From the NCBI RefSeq assembly GCF_963921235.1, contig NC_086108.1, positions 116,872,001 through 116,936,000 of the forward strand: 64,000 bases of DNA, read 5' to 3'. A model generated the notes under the pieces. That model was given only the letters and a program-made list of their open reading frames with translations. It was not told the origin of the DNA and searched no databases. Positions within the stretch are counted from its first letter, which is position 1; each line of letters opens with the position of its first letter. The translations under genes and the position numbers were made by a program. Of this stretch, positions 1 to 10,900 are shown piece after piece. This DNA is from Mobula hypostoma. Lineage: Eukaryota.

Positions 1-340
1 CTGCCCCTGCACCATCTAAGTCTCTGTAATGGCCACAACATCATAGCTCCAAGTGCTGATCCACGCTCTAAGCTCATCCGCTTTATTCATAATACACTTC
101 ATATTAAAATAGACACCTCTCAAACCATCGGTCTGAATGCATCCCTTCTCTATCACTTAACTATCCTGCCTTTTGGACTGTCCAAGTTTTCTCTATTTGT
201 GACCCAATCTCCCTTTCCTCTGTCACTTCAGTTCAGTTCCCACTCCCCCAGCAATTCTAGTTCTCCCCAATAGCCTTTGAAAACCTCCCCGTCAGGATAT
301 TGGTCCCCCTCAGATTCAAGTGCAACCCGTCCTTTTTGTA
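1..340 (-). mobile_element. CR1 LINE fragment (end of ORF1 esterase, start of ORF2 endonuclease)
   Basis: Minus-strand translation gives GLHLN..GTNIL and NKADELRAWISTWSYDVVAITET-like motifs. Confidence 0.8.
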
Positions 341-344
341 CATC

Positions 345-455
345 AGGTAGGAGGTACTGGCCTGAAGGCACAGACTCAGCAATTCAGGAACAGCTTCTTC
401 TCCTCTGCTATCTGATTCCTAAATGGGCATTGAACCCGTGAACATTACCTCACTT
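345..455 (+). mobile_element. Rex1/Babar-like LINE 3' remnant
   Basis: Encodes ..FRNSFFSSAI.FLN, the C-terminal motif also seen in the other Rex1-like copies here. Confidence 0.6.
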
Positions 456-480
456 AAAAAAAAGTATGTATTATTTCTAA

Positions 481-566
481 GTTGCTGGTGAACGCAGCAG
501 GCCAGGCAGCATCTATAGGAAGAGGCGCAGTCGACGTTTCAGGCCGAGACCCTTCGTCAGGACTAA
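481..566 (-). mobile_element. Penelope-like element terminal (pLTR) fragment
   Basis: Same sequence as the 3' tails of the Penelope-like copies at 36116-36215 and 49997-50093. Confidence 0.75.
529..564 (-). ncRNA. Minimal type I hammerhead ribozyme motif
   Basis: Minus strand AGUC-CUGACGA-AGGGUCUCGGCCU-GAAACGUC-GACU: stem I AGUC/GACU, intact core, stem II hairpin, palindromic ACGU in place of stem III, GUC cleavage triplet. Confidence 0.75.
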
Positions 567-569
567 CCC

Positions 570-825
570 CAGAATAGCCAGCTGTCCTTTTAGAATGGAG
601 ATGAGGAGGAATTTCTTTAGCTAGAGAGAGTTGAATCTGTGGAATTCATTGCCACAGGCAGCCTTGGAGGCCAAGTCTTTATGTATATTTAAGGCAGTGG
701 TTGATAGAGTCTTGATTGGTCAAGGCATGAAGGGATATGGGGAGAAGGCAGGATCAGTCATGATGAGATAACAGAGCAGACTCGATGGGCCACATGGCCT
801 AGTCTGATCTTGTATCTTATGGTCT
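570..825 (+). mobile_element. CR1 LINE 3' end
   Basis: MRRNFFS.R..NLWNSLP..A motif, GGCC stem-loop and TCTTATGG tail. Confidence 0.8.
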
Positions 826-1575
826 AAAAGTCAAAAATAGAAGAAACACAATAGAATCAATGAAAGACCACATCCATCAAGAGGGACAAACACCAATGTG
901 CAAAAGACGACAAACTATGCAAATAAAAAAAGGAAATAATAATAATAAATAAATAAACAATAAGTGATAAGACCATGAGATGAAGAGTCCATCAAAGTGA
1001 GTCCTTAGTTTTTGATCACCCTATTACTGAAAAAATATCATTAAGCTGGAAAGAGTGCAGAGAGGTTTATGAGAAAGTTGCCAGGACTAAGTTAACAGCT
1101 GAAGTTGCACAGGCAGGCTGTTTATGCCTTGCAGACTGAGGAGTGATCTTATAGAGGTATATAAAATCAGCAGGGACACCAATCTGATTAATTTTTTTAA
1201 TGAAACGGCCAAGCAGATTCATGAGAATAGGGTGGTAGATGTTGCCTGCTTGGACTTCAGCAAAGCTTTTGGCAAGGTCCTGAATAGTGGATTGGTCTGG
1301 GGGATTAGAGTGGTCAGTACAAAACTGTCTTGGTGATAGGAGTCAGGAGGAAGATGGGAAATGGTCTCAGACTGGAGATTTGTGACCTGAGGTATGCCAC
1401 AGAAGCTGGTACTGAGTCCACTGTGACCAGTGGTGCCCCACAGGGTCCACTGTTGTTGGTCAGTTATATTAATGGTTTGGATGAGAACATAGCTGGTATG
1501 AGTGATAAGATGACAGATGACACTGGTGGTGGTGGTGAGGTGGAAAGTAAAGGTTGTCTGAGATTACAACTGGAA

Positions 1576-2162
1576 CTTTATTTCCTGCGGAGCATCAAGA
1601 AAGCTCACCTCTGTCCCAGGATACTGACGGACTTTTACCGCTGTACCACTGAGAGCATACTCACCAACTGCATCTCAGTATGATATGGCAGTTGTCCCGT
1701 ATCGGACAGCAAAGCACTGCAGCAGGTGGTGAAAACTGCCCAGCGGATTATCGGCACCCAATTGCCCACCATTGAGAACATCTACCATAAACGCTGCCTG
1801 GGCAGGCAAAAAGCATTATCAAAGATGCATCTCACCCTAACCATGGACTTTTTACTCTCCTTCCATCTGGTATGTGCTACAGGAGCCTCCACTCCCGCAC
1901 CAGCAAGCACAGGAAGAGCTTCTTCCCTGAGGCTGTGACCCTGCTGAACCTCACATCACAGCGCTAAGCAGTATTGCACCCATATTGTACTGTCTCAGTA
2001 CTTTTATATTTGTGTGCTTTAGCACTTACTTTTTATTCGCAGTTATTTTGTAAATAATACTATTCTTTTGTACTTCTGGTCAGATGCTAATTGCATTTCA
2101 TTAGCTTTGAATCTGTACTCGGCACAATGACAATAAAATTGAATCCAATCGAATCTAATCTA
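1576..2162 (+). mobile_element. Rex1/Babar-like LINE 3' fragment nested in CR1
   Basis: LYFLRSIKKAHLCPRILTDFYRCTTESILTNCISV...VKTAQRIIG; AATAAA followed by an AATCT-like repeat tail. Confidence 0.8.
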
Positions 2163-2517
2163 AAAAATAGGCCAAGGAATGGAAGATAGAATTTAACTCA
2201 AAGTATTGAATTTTGTTAAATTGGTTGGGATTTACACATTAAATATTAGGCCCCTGGAGAGTGCTGTAGAACCGAGAGACCGAGGGAAATGGGTACATGA
2301 TATAGGAGTGACTCAGGCAGACAAGGTGGTGAGGAAGGCACTTAGCTTGATCAGTCAGGACAATGAGTACAAGAATTGGGATGTCTTGTTACACCTGTAC
2401 AAGACTGCTCTGGGAGTCGTGTGTCTGAAATTACACATGTACAAGACATTGGTGTGAATACACTGGGGGTCATGTGTGTGTGGTTCTGATCACCTAGCAA
2501 TAGGAAGAACGTGATTA

Positions 2518-2621
2518 GACCATAAACCATAAGACATAGGAGTAGAATTAGGCCATTCAGCCCATTGAGACCATGCCATTTCTTCTCGGCTGATCCTGGG
2601 TCCCGTTCTACCCCATACACC
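2518..2621 (-). mobile_element. Short CR1 3'-tail insertion
   Basis: Reverse complement of a CR1 3'UTR and tail, flanked by a TGATTA direct repeat (2512-2517, 2622-2627). Confidence 0.7.
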
Positions 2622-2959
2622 TGATTAAGCAAGGGGAGTGCTGCAATGAATCACGAAGATGTTTCCATAATGGAGGGTTTGAGTTACAAGGACAGATGGA
2701 CTATTTTCCCTGGAGCAATGGAGGCTGAGGATGGACCTCGTAGAGGTTTATAAAATCATGGAGAGAGGCCCAGATAGGGTGGATGCTCATAGTCATTTTC
2801 TCTGGGTAGGAGAGTCCAAAACGAGAGGGCACAGATTGAAGGTGAAAAGGGAAAGGTATGCAGAGGACCTGAGGGGCAGGATTTTCACACAGAGGGTGGT
2901 GGGTATATGGAACAAGCTACCCAAGGAAATGATACAATTATAATGTTTAAAAGACATTG

Positions 2960-3126
2960 GACAGGTACATGGATAGGAAAGGTTGAACAGGTATAGGGAT
3001 ATGAAAGTTTCAGACAGGTACATGGATAGGAAAGGTTTAGACAGGTACGTGGATAGGAGAGGGTTAGACAGGTATGTGGATAGGAAAGATTTATACAGGT
3101 ACATGGATAGGAAAGATTTAGACAGG
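2960..3126 (+). repeat. 27-bp minisatellite (about 6 copies) GACAGGTACATGGATAGGAAAGGTTTA
   Basis: Visible tandem repeat; translates as repeated DRYMDRKGL. Confidence 0.9.
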
Positions 3127-3494
3127 AATGGCTCAGTGGGACACGGGTCAAACACGGACATTTGGGACTGGTCGGGATGGCAATTTGTTTGGTGTGGATG
3201 GGTTGTTCAGGAGGTGAACAACTCAACAACTGAAACCATTTCAGGCCTTGTTTTCACACAGCAATTGCCAACAGTACATTGAGGGCATCACTCAGGAGGT
3301 GGAGAGAAATAAAGAGAACAGAGAGACTTACCTGCAGCCTGAAAACCCGATTGCATCAGAGAGACGAGAGAACAGGGATGAGAAAAGGTGAGCAGAGGGG
3401 GAGATCTTCCATAAACACAGGTCGGACACAGAGGATCAGAATGACGAAAGGGGCACTTGCTTTTAAATGGTCAGACAAATACACAGGTTTACCA

Positions 3495-3965
3495 TTTACA
3501 GAGTACAGTATACATCCTGTGCACCTTGCAGACTGTACGCCACACAAATTGTATAGAACAGACTTTGCAGTCCACAGACCAGGCAGTACACATTCTGTAC
3601 AGCACACAGACTGTATGGCGTACCAGACTGTACAGAACAGGCTGCACAGTCCAGACTATACAGTACACATTCTGTACGGCAAACAGACCATATAGAACAG
3701 ACTGCACAGTCCAAACTACACAGTACACATTCTGTACAGCAAACAGATCATATAGAACAGACTGCACAGTCCAAACTACACAGTACACATTCTGTACAGC
3801 AAACAGACCATATAGAACAGACTGCACAGTCCAGACTACACAGTACACATTCTGTACAGCAAAAACAGACCATATAGAACAGGCTGCACAGTCCAGACCA
3901 CGCAATACACATTCTGTACGGGACGTGGACTGTATGAGACACAGACTGTATAGTGCATCGACTGT
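3495..3965. repeat. 60-bp tandem repeat (about 7-8 copies, central ones near-identical)
   Basis: Sequence lines 3661, 3721, 3781 and 3841 align in register (cagtacacattctgtacagcaaacagaccatatagaacagactgcacagtccaaactaca). Confidence 0.95.
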
Positions 3966-4642
3966 ACATGAGAACTCTGCAACATTGGCAGGTGACATTG
4001 AACAGGACTTTGGTCTCTGAAGAACACTGGAAGTTCTGGAAAGTTGTCTCACCATTCTGTGCCAAAGGACTAACGTCAGGTTTTAACTGAAAGCATTCTG
4101 GGGTGGGATGAGTGGGAACCCTGAACTACAATTCTTCCATCGTCTGTGTTATCTGTTCACTCTCCAGTCTGTCGGTCTCCCACCCTCTTTTGTCTCAGTG
4201 TGGGAGCAGCGATGGGAGTGACAGATGTCCATTTGGTTGACCTTCAGTCCTTCCCTCTCAGTCTGTCTCATGCTGGGAGAGATTGCCCAAATGTGGAGCA
4301 TCAGGGAGAGGCAGGGACAGGGTGAGAGAGGATGAGGAACCCCAGGGAGAACTGCCCTGTTCCTCAAGGAATCAGTGCTCCTCTGCCAGCAGCCAATCTT
4401 CAGGGGAGAGGGAGAGGGAATGGAGCAACATTCACAACATTACAGGCACAGTGACCTTCAATCCCACTCTGCACTGGATCATCAACTGCCAGATCCAACG
4501 CTTTCCATTCAATCCCACTCTGTACGGTAGACATGTTGCTGTCCACTAGTTTAGCCCTATCCACTGGATCCCAAACTCTTAATATTCCCAGTGCCCTCAC
4601 CCCGTCATTGTCAGATAGCCCGTGTACTGGATGGTTACTGAC

Positions 4643-4696
4643 CTTTGGTCCTTGCCTGCCGGGATATCCTGGCAATCCTGGAACGCCCAACTTTCC
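4643..4696 (-). CDS. COL11A1-like: Collagen exon, 54 bp: GKLGVPGLPGYPGRQGPK
   Basis: Acceptor acttcag, donor GTCAGT; peptide matches the clade-B consensus as recalled. Confidence 0.97.
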
Positions 4697-5104
4697 CTGA
4701 AGTGAGACAAACAATCCATCAGCAGAACTCACCAGTAACGAGCAGACTGAGCTGAAGGAGGCCACTCGGCCCCTCATCCTATCTCACCATTCAATGTGAC
4801 CACGGGTGATCTTCCTGAGGCCTTATCTCGCCTTCTGTGTCAATTCCCCATTGCCCTCAGACCGCTGATCTGTCAAACACTTCTCTCCCTCCTCTACAAA
4901 CCCCCCTTGGGTGGAGAATTCCAGAGATTCCACTCCCTCTATGAGAAGACTCTACACACCTTAGTTCTAAATGTTTGCCCCCTAATCCTGTAACAGTACC
5001 CCCCCATTGAGATTCTCTCACTGCAGAATTATCTCCGCCTCTCCCTTGTCATGTCCCCTTAGAGTCAGAGATGTTTCAGAAGATCACCCCCTGTTCTGCT
5101 AAAA

Positions 5105-5200
5105 TCTGTTTGTTCTCCTCCATAGATGCTGCCTGACCTGCTGAGTTCCTCCAAAATTTTGTGTGGATTTCCAGCACCTGCAGAATCTTGAGCGTCTCTT
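5105..5200 (+). mobile_element. Penelope-like terminal remnant without the hammerhead core
   Basis: tccatagatgctgcctgacctgctgagttcctcc...gatttccagcacctgcaga matches the other pLTR tails. Confidence 0.6.
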
Positions 5201-5350
5201 GCTGGCAGAAGCCACCCCCCAGACTCAGAGGCAGCACTATGGGTGATGATTGACAGTGGGACATCTCTGACACCATAGGCATCCCACCCCTTGAGCCTGT
5301 CCTACTGCTCTGGGATATCCCATAGGATTGCCCACTTCGCCAGTACTGAC

Positions 5351-5458
5351 CTTCTCTCCAGCCAATCCCGCTGCACCAGAGTCTCCTGGGGGTCCAGAAC
5401 GACCTTTGGGACCCTCGGGTCCATCCTCTCCACGGGGTCCTGGTAACCCGGTCTCACC
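5351..5458 (-). CDS. COL11A1-like: Collagen exon, 108 bp: GETGLPGPRGEDGPEGPKGRSGPPGDSGAAGLAGEK
   Basis: Acceptor gctgcag, donor GTCAGT; 108-bp exon at the expected position. Confidence 0.96.
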
Positions 5459-6395
5459 CTGCAGCACAGAGAGAGAGAGGAATGGTAAATCCCACTGGCA
5501 GCTCACTCACCCCCGATGCCCCTCTCATTCATCCCCCAAGCACTGTTAATGCCCATCAGTTCAACTCCCCCAATGTGGGAAGGCAGGGAGCGATCAGTGG
5601 GCTGAATGGCCTCATTTTGGCTAGATGAGGAAGGAGCTGGTGGGCTTACAACCGCTCCAGTCGGTGAGAACAAGGCTGGGAGGGGAAATGCTGAAGATGG
5701 CACAGGGGTGAGGGCGATGGGCTGCAGAATAAATCTGGGCCGGATGACCAGGCAACAAGGGACGGGGTTACGAGGGGAAGTGGACAATAGGGAGAACACG
5801 CTAGCAGTGAGGGTGGAGTCAAATAAGCCAGTAATGATATGGAGGGGGGATGGTGTAAATGAGCTGGAGACTGAGTGAGAACTGAGCGTGGGGGACTCAC
5901 AAATCCTCAGCCAGCTGCAGCCATTGAAAACACATACCTCCCTTCAAATTCAGGGCCCTCTGACTGATGGTGACCCTCAGCTGGCACAGACAGTCTCCTC
6001 CATTCCCTGAGAGGAACGTGACTTGTGTCCAATGCTGAACCCTGGGAGAAGGTGGTGATCTTTGACAGAAGCTGTCAATCCTGTTGGAATGTGATGACCC
6101 CTGCTACAGGGTCATAACCTCTGTTAGAAGATGGTCCCCTCTGACAGGTTTCTGGCTATTGACCACAGACAAAGGGTTGTGACCTCAGGCAGAGGAGGGA
6201 ATGAGGTAAGGAGCATCACTAATCGCACCCTCCCACCTCAGTGCAGGGCTGAAGGGTATTTGACTCGTTAGAATCTGCCACAGGTTCCTGTTCAGCAGAA
6301 GCAGACTTGAGGTGCGGTGTGACTGATCCAAGTGAATGCTCAGAAGCTCCCCATACCACAGTCTGGCACCCACACAGACCAGAAAAATCACTCAC

Positions 6396-6449
6396 CCGCT
6401 CCCCCTTCAGCCCCATGTCACCTTTAAACCCAGGGAAACCATCTTCACC
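6396..6449 (-). CDS. COL11A1-like: Collagen exon, 54 bp: GEDGFPGFKGDMGLKGER
   Basis: Acceptor cttcctatag, donor GTGAGT. Confidence 0.96.
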
Positions 6450-6486
6450 CTATAGGAAGAAAAGATAGTACAGCGTAGTATCAGTA

Positions 6487-7252
6487 TAGAAACATAGAAA
6501 ACCTACAGCACAATACAGGCCCTTTGGCCCACAAAGCTGTACCGAACATGTCCTTACCTGAGAAATTACTTAGGGTTACCCATAGTCCTCTGTTTTTCTG
6601 AGCTCCATGTACCTGTCCAGGAGTCTCTTAAAAGACCCTATCGTATCCACCTCCACCACCGTCACCAGCACCCATTTAATGCACTCACCACTCTCTGTGT
6701 AAAACTTACCCCTGATATCTCCTCTGCACCTACTTCCTACAACCTTAAAACTGTGCCCTCTGGTGCTAGCCTCTGACTATCCACACCATCAATGCCTCTC
6801 ATAATCTTATACACCTCTATCAGGTCACCTCTCATCCTCCGTCACCACAAGGAAAAAAGGCCGAGTTCACTCAACCTATTCTCATAAGGCATGCTCCCCA
6901 ATCCAGGCAACATCCTTGTAAATCTCCTCTGCACCCCTTCTATGGTTTCCATATCCTTCCTATAGTGAGGCAACCAGAACTGAGCACAGTACTCCAAGTG
7001 GGGTCTGACCAGGGTCCTATATATCTGCAACATTACCTCTTGGCTCCTAAACTCAGTCCCACGATTGATGAAGGCCAATGCACCGTATGCCTTCTTAACC
7101 ACAGAGTCAATCTGCCCAGCTGCTTTGAGCATCCTATGGACTCGGACCCCAAGATCCCTCTGATCCTCCACACTGCCAGGAGTCTTACCATTAATACTAT
7201 ATTCTGTCATCATATTTGACCTACCAAAATGAACCACCTCACTCTTATCTGG
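6487..7252 (-). mobile_element. CR1 LINE, 5'-truncated 3' part
   Basis: ORF 6842..7384 (LVRPHLEYCAQFW...RRFTRMLPG); TTTCTATG tail at the 6487 end. Confidence 0.92.
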
Positions 7253-7254
7253 CT

Positions 7255-9272
7255 GAAGTTTCTGGAAATTTAGTTCACAGGATAGATATGTCCCACAGAG
7301 GAAGAAATTCTGAATGGCAGGGGTAGGCAACCATGGGTGACAAAGGAAGTTAAGGACTGCATAAAAGCCAAGGAAAGGGTACATAAGTTAGCAAAAATGA
7401 GTGGGGAGTTGGATGATTGGGAAGCTTTTAAGATCCAACAAAAGGCAACTAAGAAGGCTATAAGAAGGGAAAAGATGAAATATAAAGGCAGATTAGCTAA
7501 TAGTATAAAGCAGGATACCAAAGGTTTTTAAAGAGTAAAAGGGAGGTGAGAGTTGATATTGGACCACTGAAAAACGATGCTGGTGAGGGAGTAATGGGGG
7601 CAAAGAAACGGCAGATTAACTTAATGGGTACTTTGCCTCTGTCTTTACTATGGAAGACACTAGCAGTGTGCCAGAGATCTGTGAGTATCAGGGAGCTGGA
7701 GTGAGTGTCATTGGTATTACAAAGAAAAAAGTGTTAGAAAAACTCAAAGGTCTTAAGGTAGATAAGTATCTGGGCCAGGTGGACTAAATCTCAGAGTCCT
7801 GAGAGAGGTTGCTGAAGAAATAACAGATGGATTGGTCATGATATTTCAAGAATCACTTGATTCTGGCATGGTCCTGGAGGACTAGAAGATTGCAAATGTT
7901 ACTCCACTCTTTAAGAAGGGAGGAAGGTAAAAGAAAGGAAATTATAGGCCAGTCAGACTAACCTCAGTGGCTGGGAAAGTGTTGGAATCTATTATTCAGG
8001 ATGAGGTTCTGTAAAGGGAAATCTTGCCTAACAAATCTGTTAAGAGTTGTTTGAGGAAGTAACAAGCAGAGTGGACAAAGGAGAAGCAGTGAATGTCATT
8101 TACTTGGATTTTCAGAAGGCATTTCATAAGGCGCTTAACAAGATAAGATCCTATGGTGTTACAGGAAAGATACTGGCGTGGATAGTGGAATGGCTGACAG
8201 GTAGATAGCAGTGAGTGGGAATAAAAGGGGCCTTTTCTAGTTGGCCGCTGGTGAATGGGTGCATTCCTCAGAGGTCAGTATTAGGACCATTGTTTTTCAC
8301 ATTGTTTGTCAATGATTTAGATAATGAAATTGGTGGCTCTGTGGCAAAGTTTATGGATGATACAGAGATAGGTGGAGGGGTAGGTAGTGCTGAGGAAGCA
8401 ATACAATTGCAGCAGAACTTAGACAAATTGGAAGAATGGGCAAAAAAGTGACAGATGGAATACAGTGTTGGGAGATGTATGATAATGCATTTTGGTAAAA
8501 GAAACAATAGTGTGGACCATTATCCAAATGGGGAGAGGTTTCAAACATCAGAGGTGCAGAGGGACTTAGCAGTCCTCATGCAAGACTCCCAGAAGGTTAA
8601 TTTACAGGCTGAGTCTGTGGTAAAGAAGGCAAATGCAATGTTGGCATTTATTTCAAGGGGAATAGAATATAAAAACAAGGAGATAATGTTGAGCCTTTAT
8701 AAGACACCAGTCAGGCCACACTTGGAGTATTGTCAACAATTTTGGGCCCCATATTTCAGAAAGAATGTGTTGTCACTGGAGAGAGACCAGAGGAGGTTCA
8801 CCAGGATGATTCCAGGAATGAAGGGGTTAACATATGAGCAGCATTTGGCAGCTTTGGAACTATACTCATTGGAACTTAGGAAAATGCAGGGGGATCTCAT
8901 TGAAACCTAACAAATGTTGAAAGGACTAGATAAGGCGGATGTGGAGAGGATGATTCCTATGGTGGGAGTATTCAGAACTAGAGGGCACAGCCTCAAAATT
9001 GAGGGGCAACACTTTAGAACAGGGTAAGGAGGATCTTTTTCGGCCAGAGAGTAGTGAATCTGTGGAATGTTCTGCCACAGACTGCGGTGGAGGCCAATCT
9101 GTACAAATATTTAAGGCAGAATTTGATCGTTTCCTGATCGGTCAGGCATCAAAGGATATAGCGAGAAGGTAGGTGTATGGGGTTGAGTGGGATCCAGGAT
9201 CAGCCATGATGGAATGACAGAGCAGACTCGATGGGCCGAATGGCCTAATTCTGCTCTCAAGTTTTATGGTCC
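7255..9272 (+). mobile_element. CR1 LINE, decayed ORF2 and 3'UTR
   Basis: RT motifs PQRSVLGPLFF, FMDD, VRPHLEYC; GGCCGAATGGCC stem-loop. Confidence 0.92.
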
Positions 9273-9274
9273 TA

Positions 9275-10900
9275 AATGTCAGTACAGTGGAACAATGGAG
9301 TGGAACAGTGCAGTCAAACAATGTCAGTGCAAAAAATATCAGTACTGTTTATCAGTGTCATGGTGCAATTGAATATTGTCAGTATAATCAAACAATGTCA
9401 GTACAATCAACTGATGTCAGTACAGACGGACAATGTCAGTGCAGGCATCAGTGTCATACTACAGCTGACAAAAACGTCAGAACAGCCAAACAATGTCAAT
9501 ACAGTTGAACTAGTTAGCACAGGTCATCAGTGGCATAGTACAAGCCAATAATGTCAGTACAGTTGACCAATTTGAGTACAATTGTGGAGGAAAAGGGCTA
9601 ATAAACTACATGACTAGGGTCAAGAAGACTGCAAAGCAAAAAGCATTGTGTGCAAATAGAAGAACATTACATGCTAACCCTTGCAAGATAAGGTATAAAT
9701 CTAACCTGCTGCGACCCTAGAAACAAGAACTAATGAGCTGAGCTTTGCAAGGTAGTTTAACTTGTAACTGCTCTTTTCACTCTGTTTTTTTAAGTGAATG
9801 GTAATATATTGTCAGTGTGGTAATACTTCTATACAATGATTGGATATATTACAATAAGTCTGCTGTTCCTATGCTGAACTGTATAAAATGCTATTGTGAC
9901 AGGAGCTGTCTCCTTAGTACCAAGTAAATTAAAGGTCCCGAAATGAGAATCTGGAGTTGAGCACTCTTTTCACCTGACTAAGGTCAAATCTCCACAACAA
10001 CAGTCAATGTTTGTACAGGTTATCAGTGTCATAGTACAGTTAAACAAAGTCAGTATAAACAGTTTCAGTAATCAAATATTATCACAGTACAGTCAAAGCA
10101 TATCAGTACTGTTGAACAATGTCAGAACAGGTTATCAGTGACATAGTTCAGTCCAACAATAACAGTATAGTCAAACAATGTCAGTACAGATGAACAATAT
10201 TCGTAGAGCCAAGCAATGTCAGTACAATGGAACAATGTTAGTTCCATGTCAGTAGAGTCAAACAATGGCAGCACAGTCAAAAGGTGTCAGTATAGATGAA
10301 CAATGTCAGTAAAGTTGATCAACATCAGTACAGTCGATCAACGTCAGTACAGAGTAACAATGACAGTACAAGACAATGATGGTACTATCAAATAAGGTCA
10401 GTACACTCAAACCATGTCAGTACAGTCAAAAAATGTCAGTACATTCAAACAATGTCGATGCAGTGAAACAATGTCAGTACAGTTGAACAATTTCAGTACA
10501 GGTTCAGTACAGTACAGTCAAAAGCTGTCAGTAAAGTCAAAAAATATCAGTACTATTTATCAGTGTTCATGGAACAGTCGAGCAGTGAGTACAAAAATTA
10601 TCAGTACATTTGCAGAGTGTCAGTACAGTCAAACTATGTCCATGCAGTGAAACAAAGTCAGTAAGGTCGAACAAGGTCTGTATAGTCAAACAATGTCAAA
10701 ACAGTCAAGAATATCAGTATTACTTATCAGCATCATGGTACAGTCGAACAACTTCTGTACAGTTGATCAATGTCAATACAGTCAGACAATGTCAGAACAG
10801 GTTACCAGTGACATAGTCTAGTCCAACAATGACAGTACAGCCAAACAATGATATTTCCATTTGTCAGTGTCATAGTACAGTTGGACAATGTCAGGACAGT
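9275..10900. repeat. Degenerate ~19-bp satellite (GTCAGTACAGTCAAACAAT); resumes at 16400-16835
   Basis: Recurring aacaatgtcagtacagtc units; split by a solo LTR and a CR1. Confidence 0.9.
9583..9996 (+). mobile_element. Solo LTR (414 bp)
   Basis: TGTGGAG...CTCCACA terminal inverted repeat; ACAAT/ACAAC flanks (5-bp TSD, one mismatch); TATAAAA at 9882, ATTAAA at 9928; interrupts the satellite cleanly. Confidence 0.75.

Larger units (their letters stand above)
1030..3200 (+). mobile_element. Degraded CR1 ORF2 (RT to 3' end), interrupted by a Rex1-like fragment and a small CR1 tail
   Basis: DFSKAF, SGAPQG, EVYKIM and RIFTQRVVGIWNKLP motifs in ORF-track pieces. Confidence 0.8.

Noticed and set aside
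3457..4065. Repeat-protein ORFs or a CRISPR-like array in the 60-bp repeat
   Set aside because: Units repeat in full with no unique spacers, there are no cas genes, and the context is eukaryotic; an ordinary VNTR.
1..4642. Next expected collagen exon (GSxGFPGFPGANGEKG-type)
   Set aside because: No matching Gly-X-Y exon found by eye; presumably left of the window.
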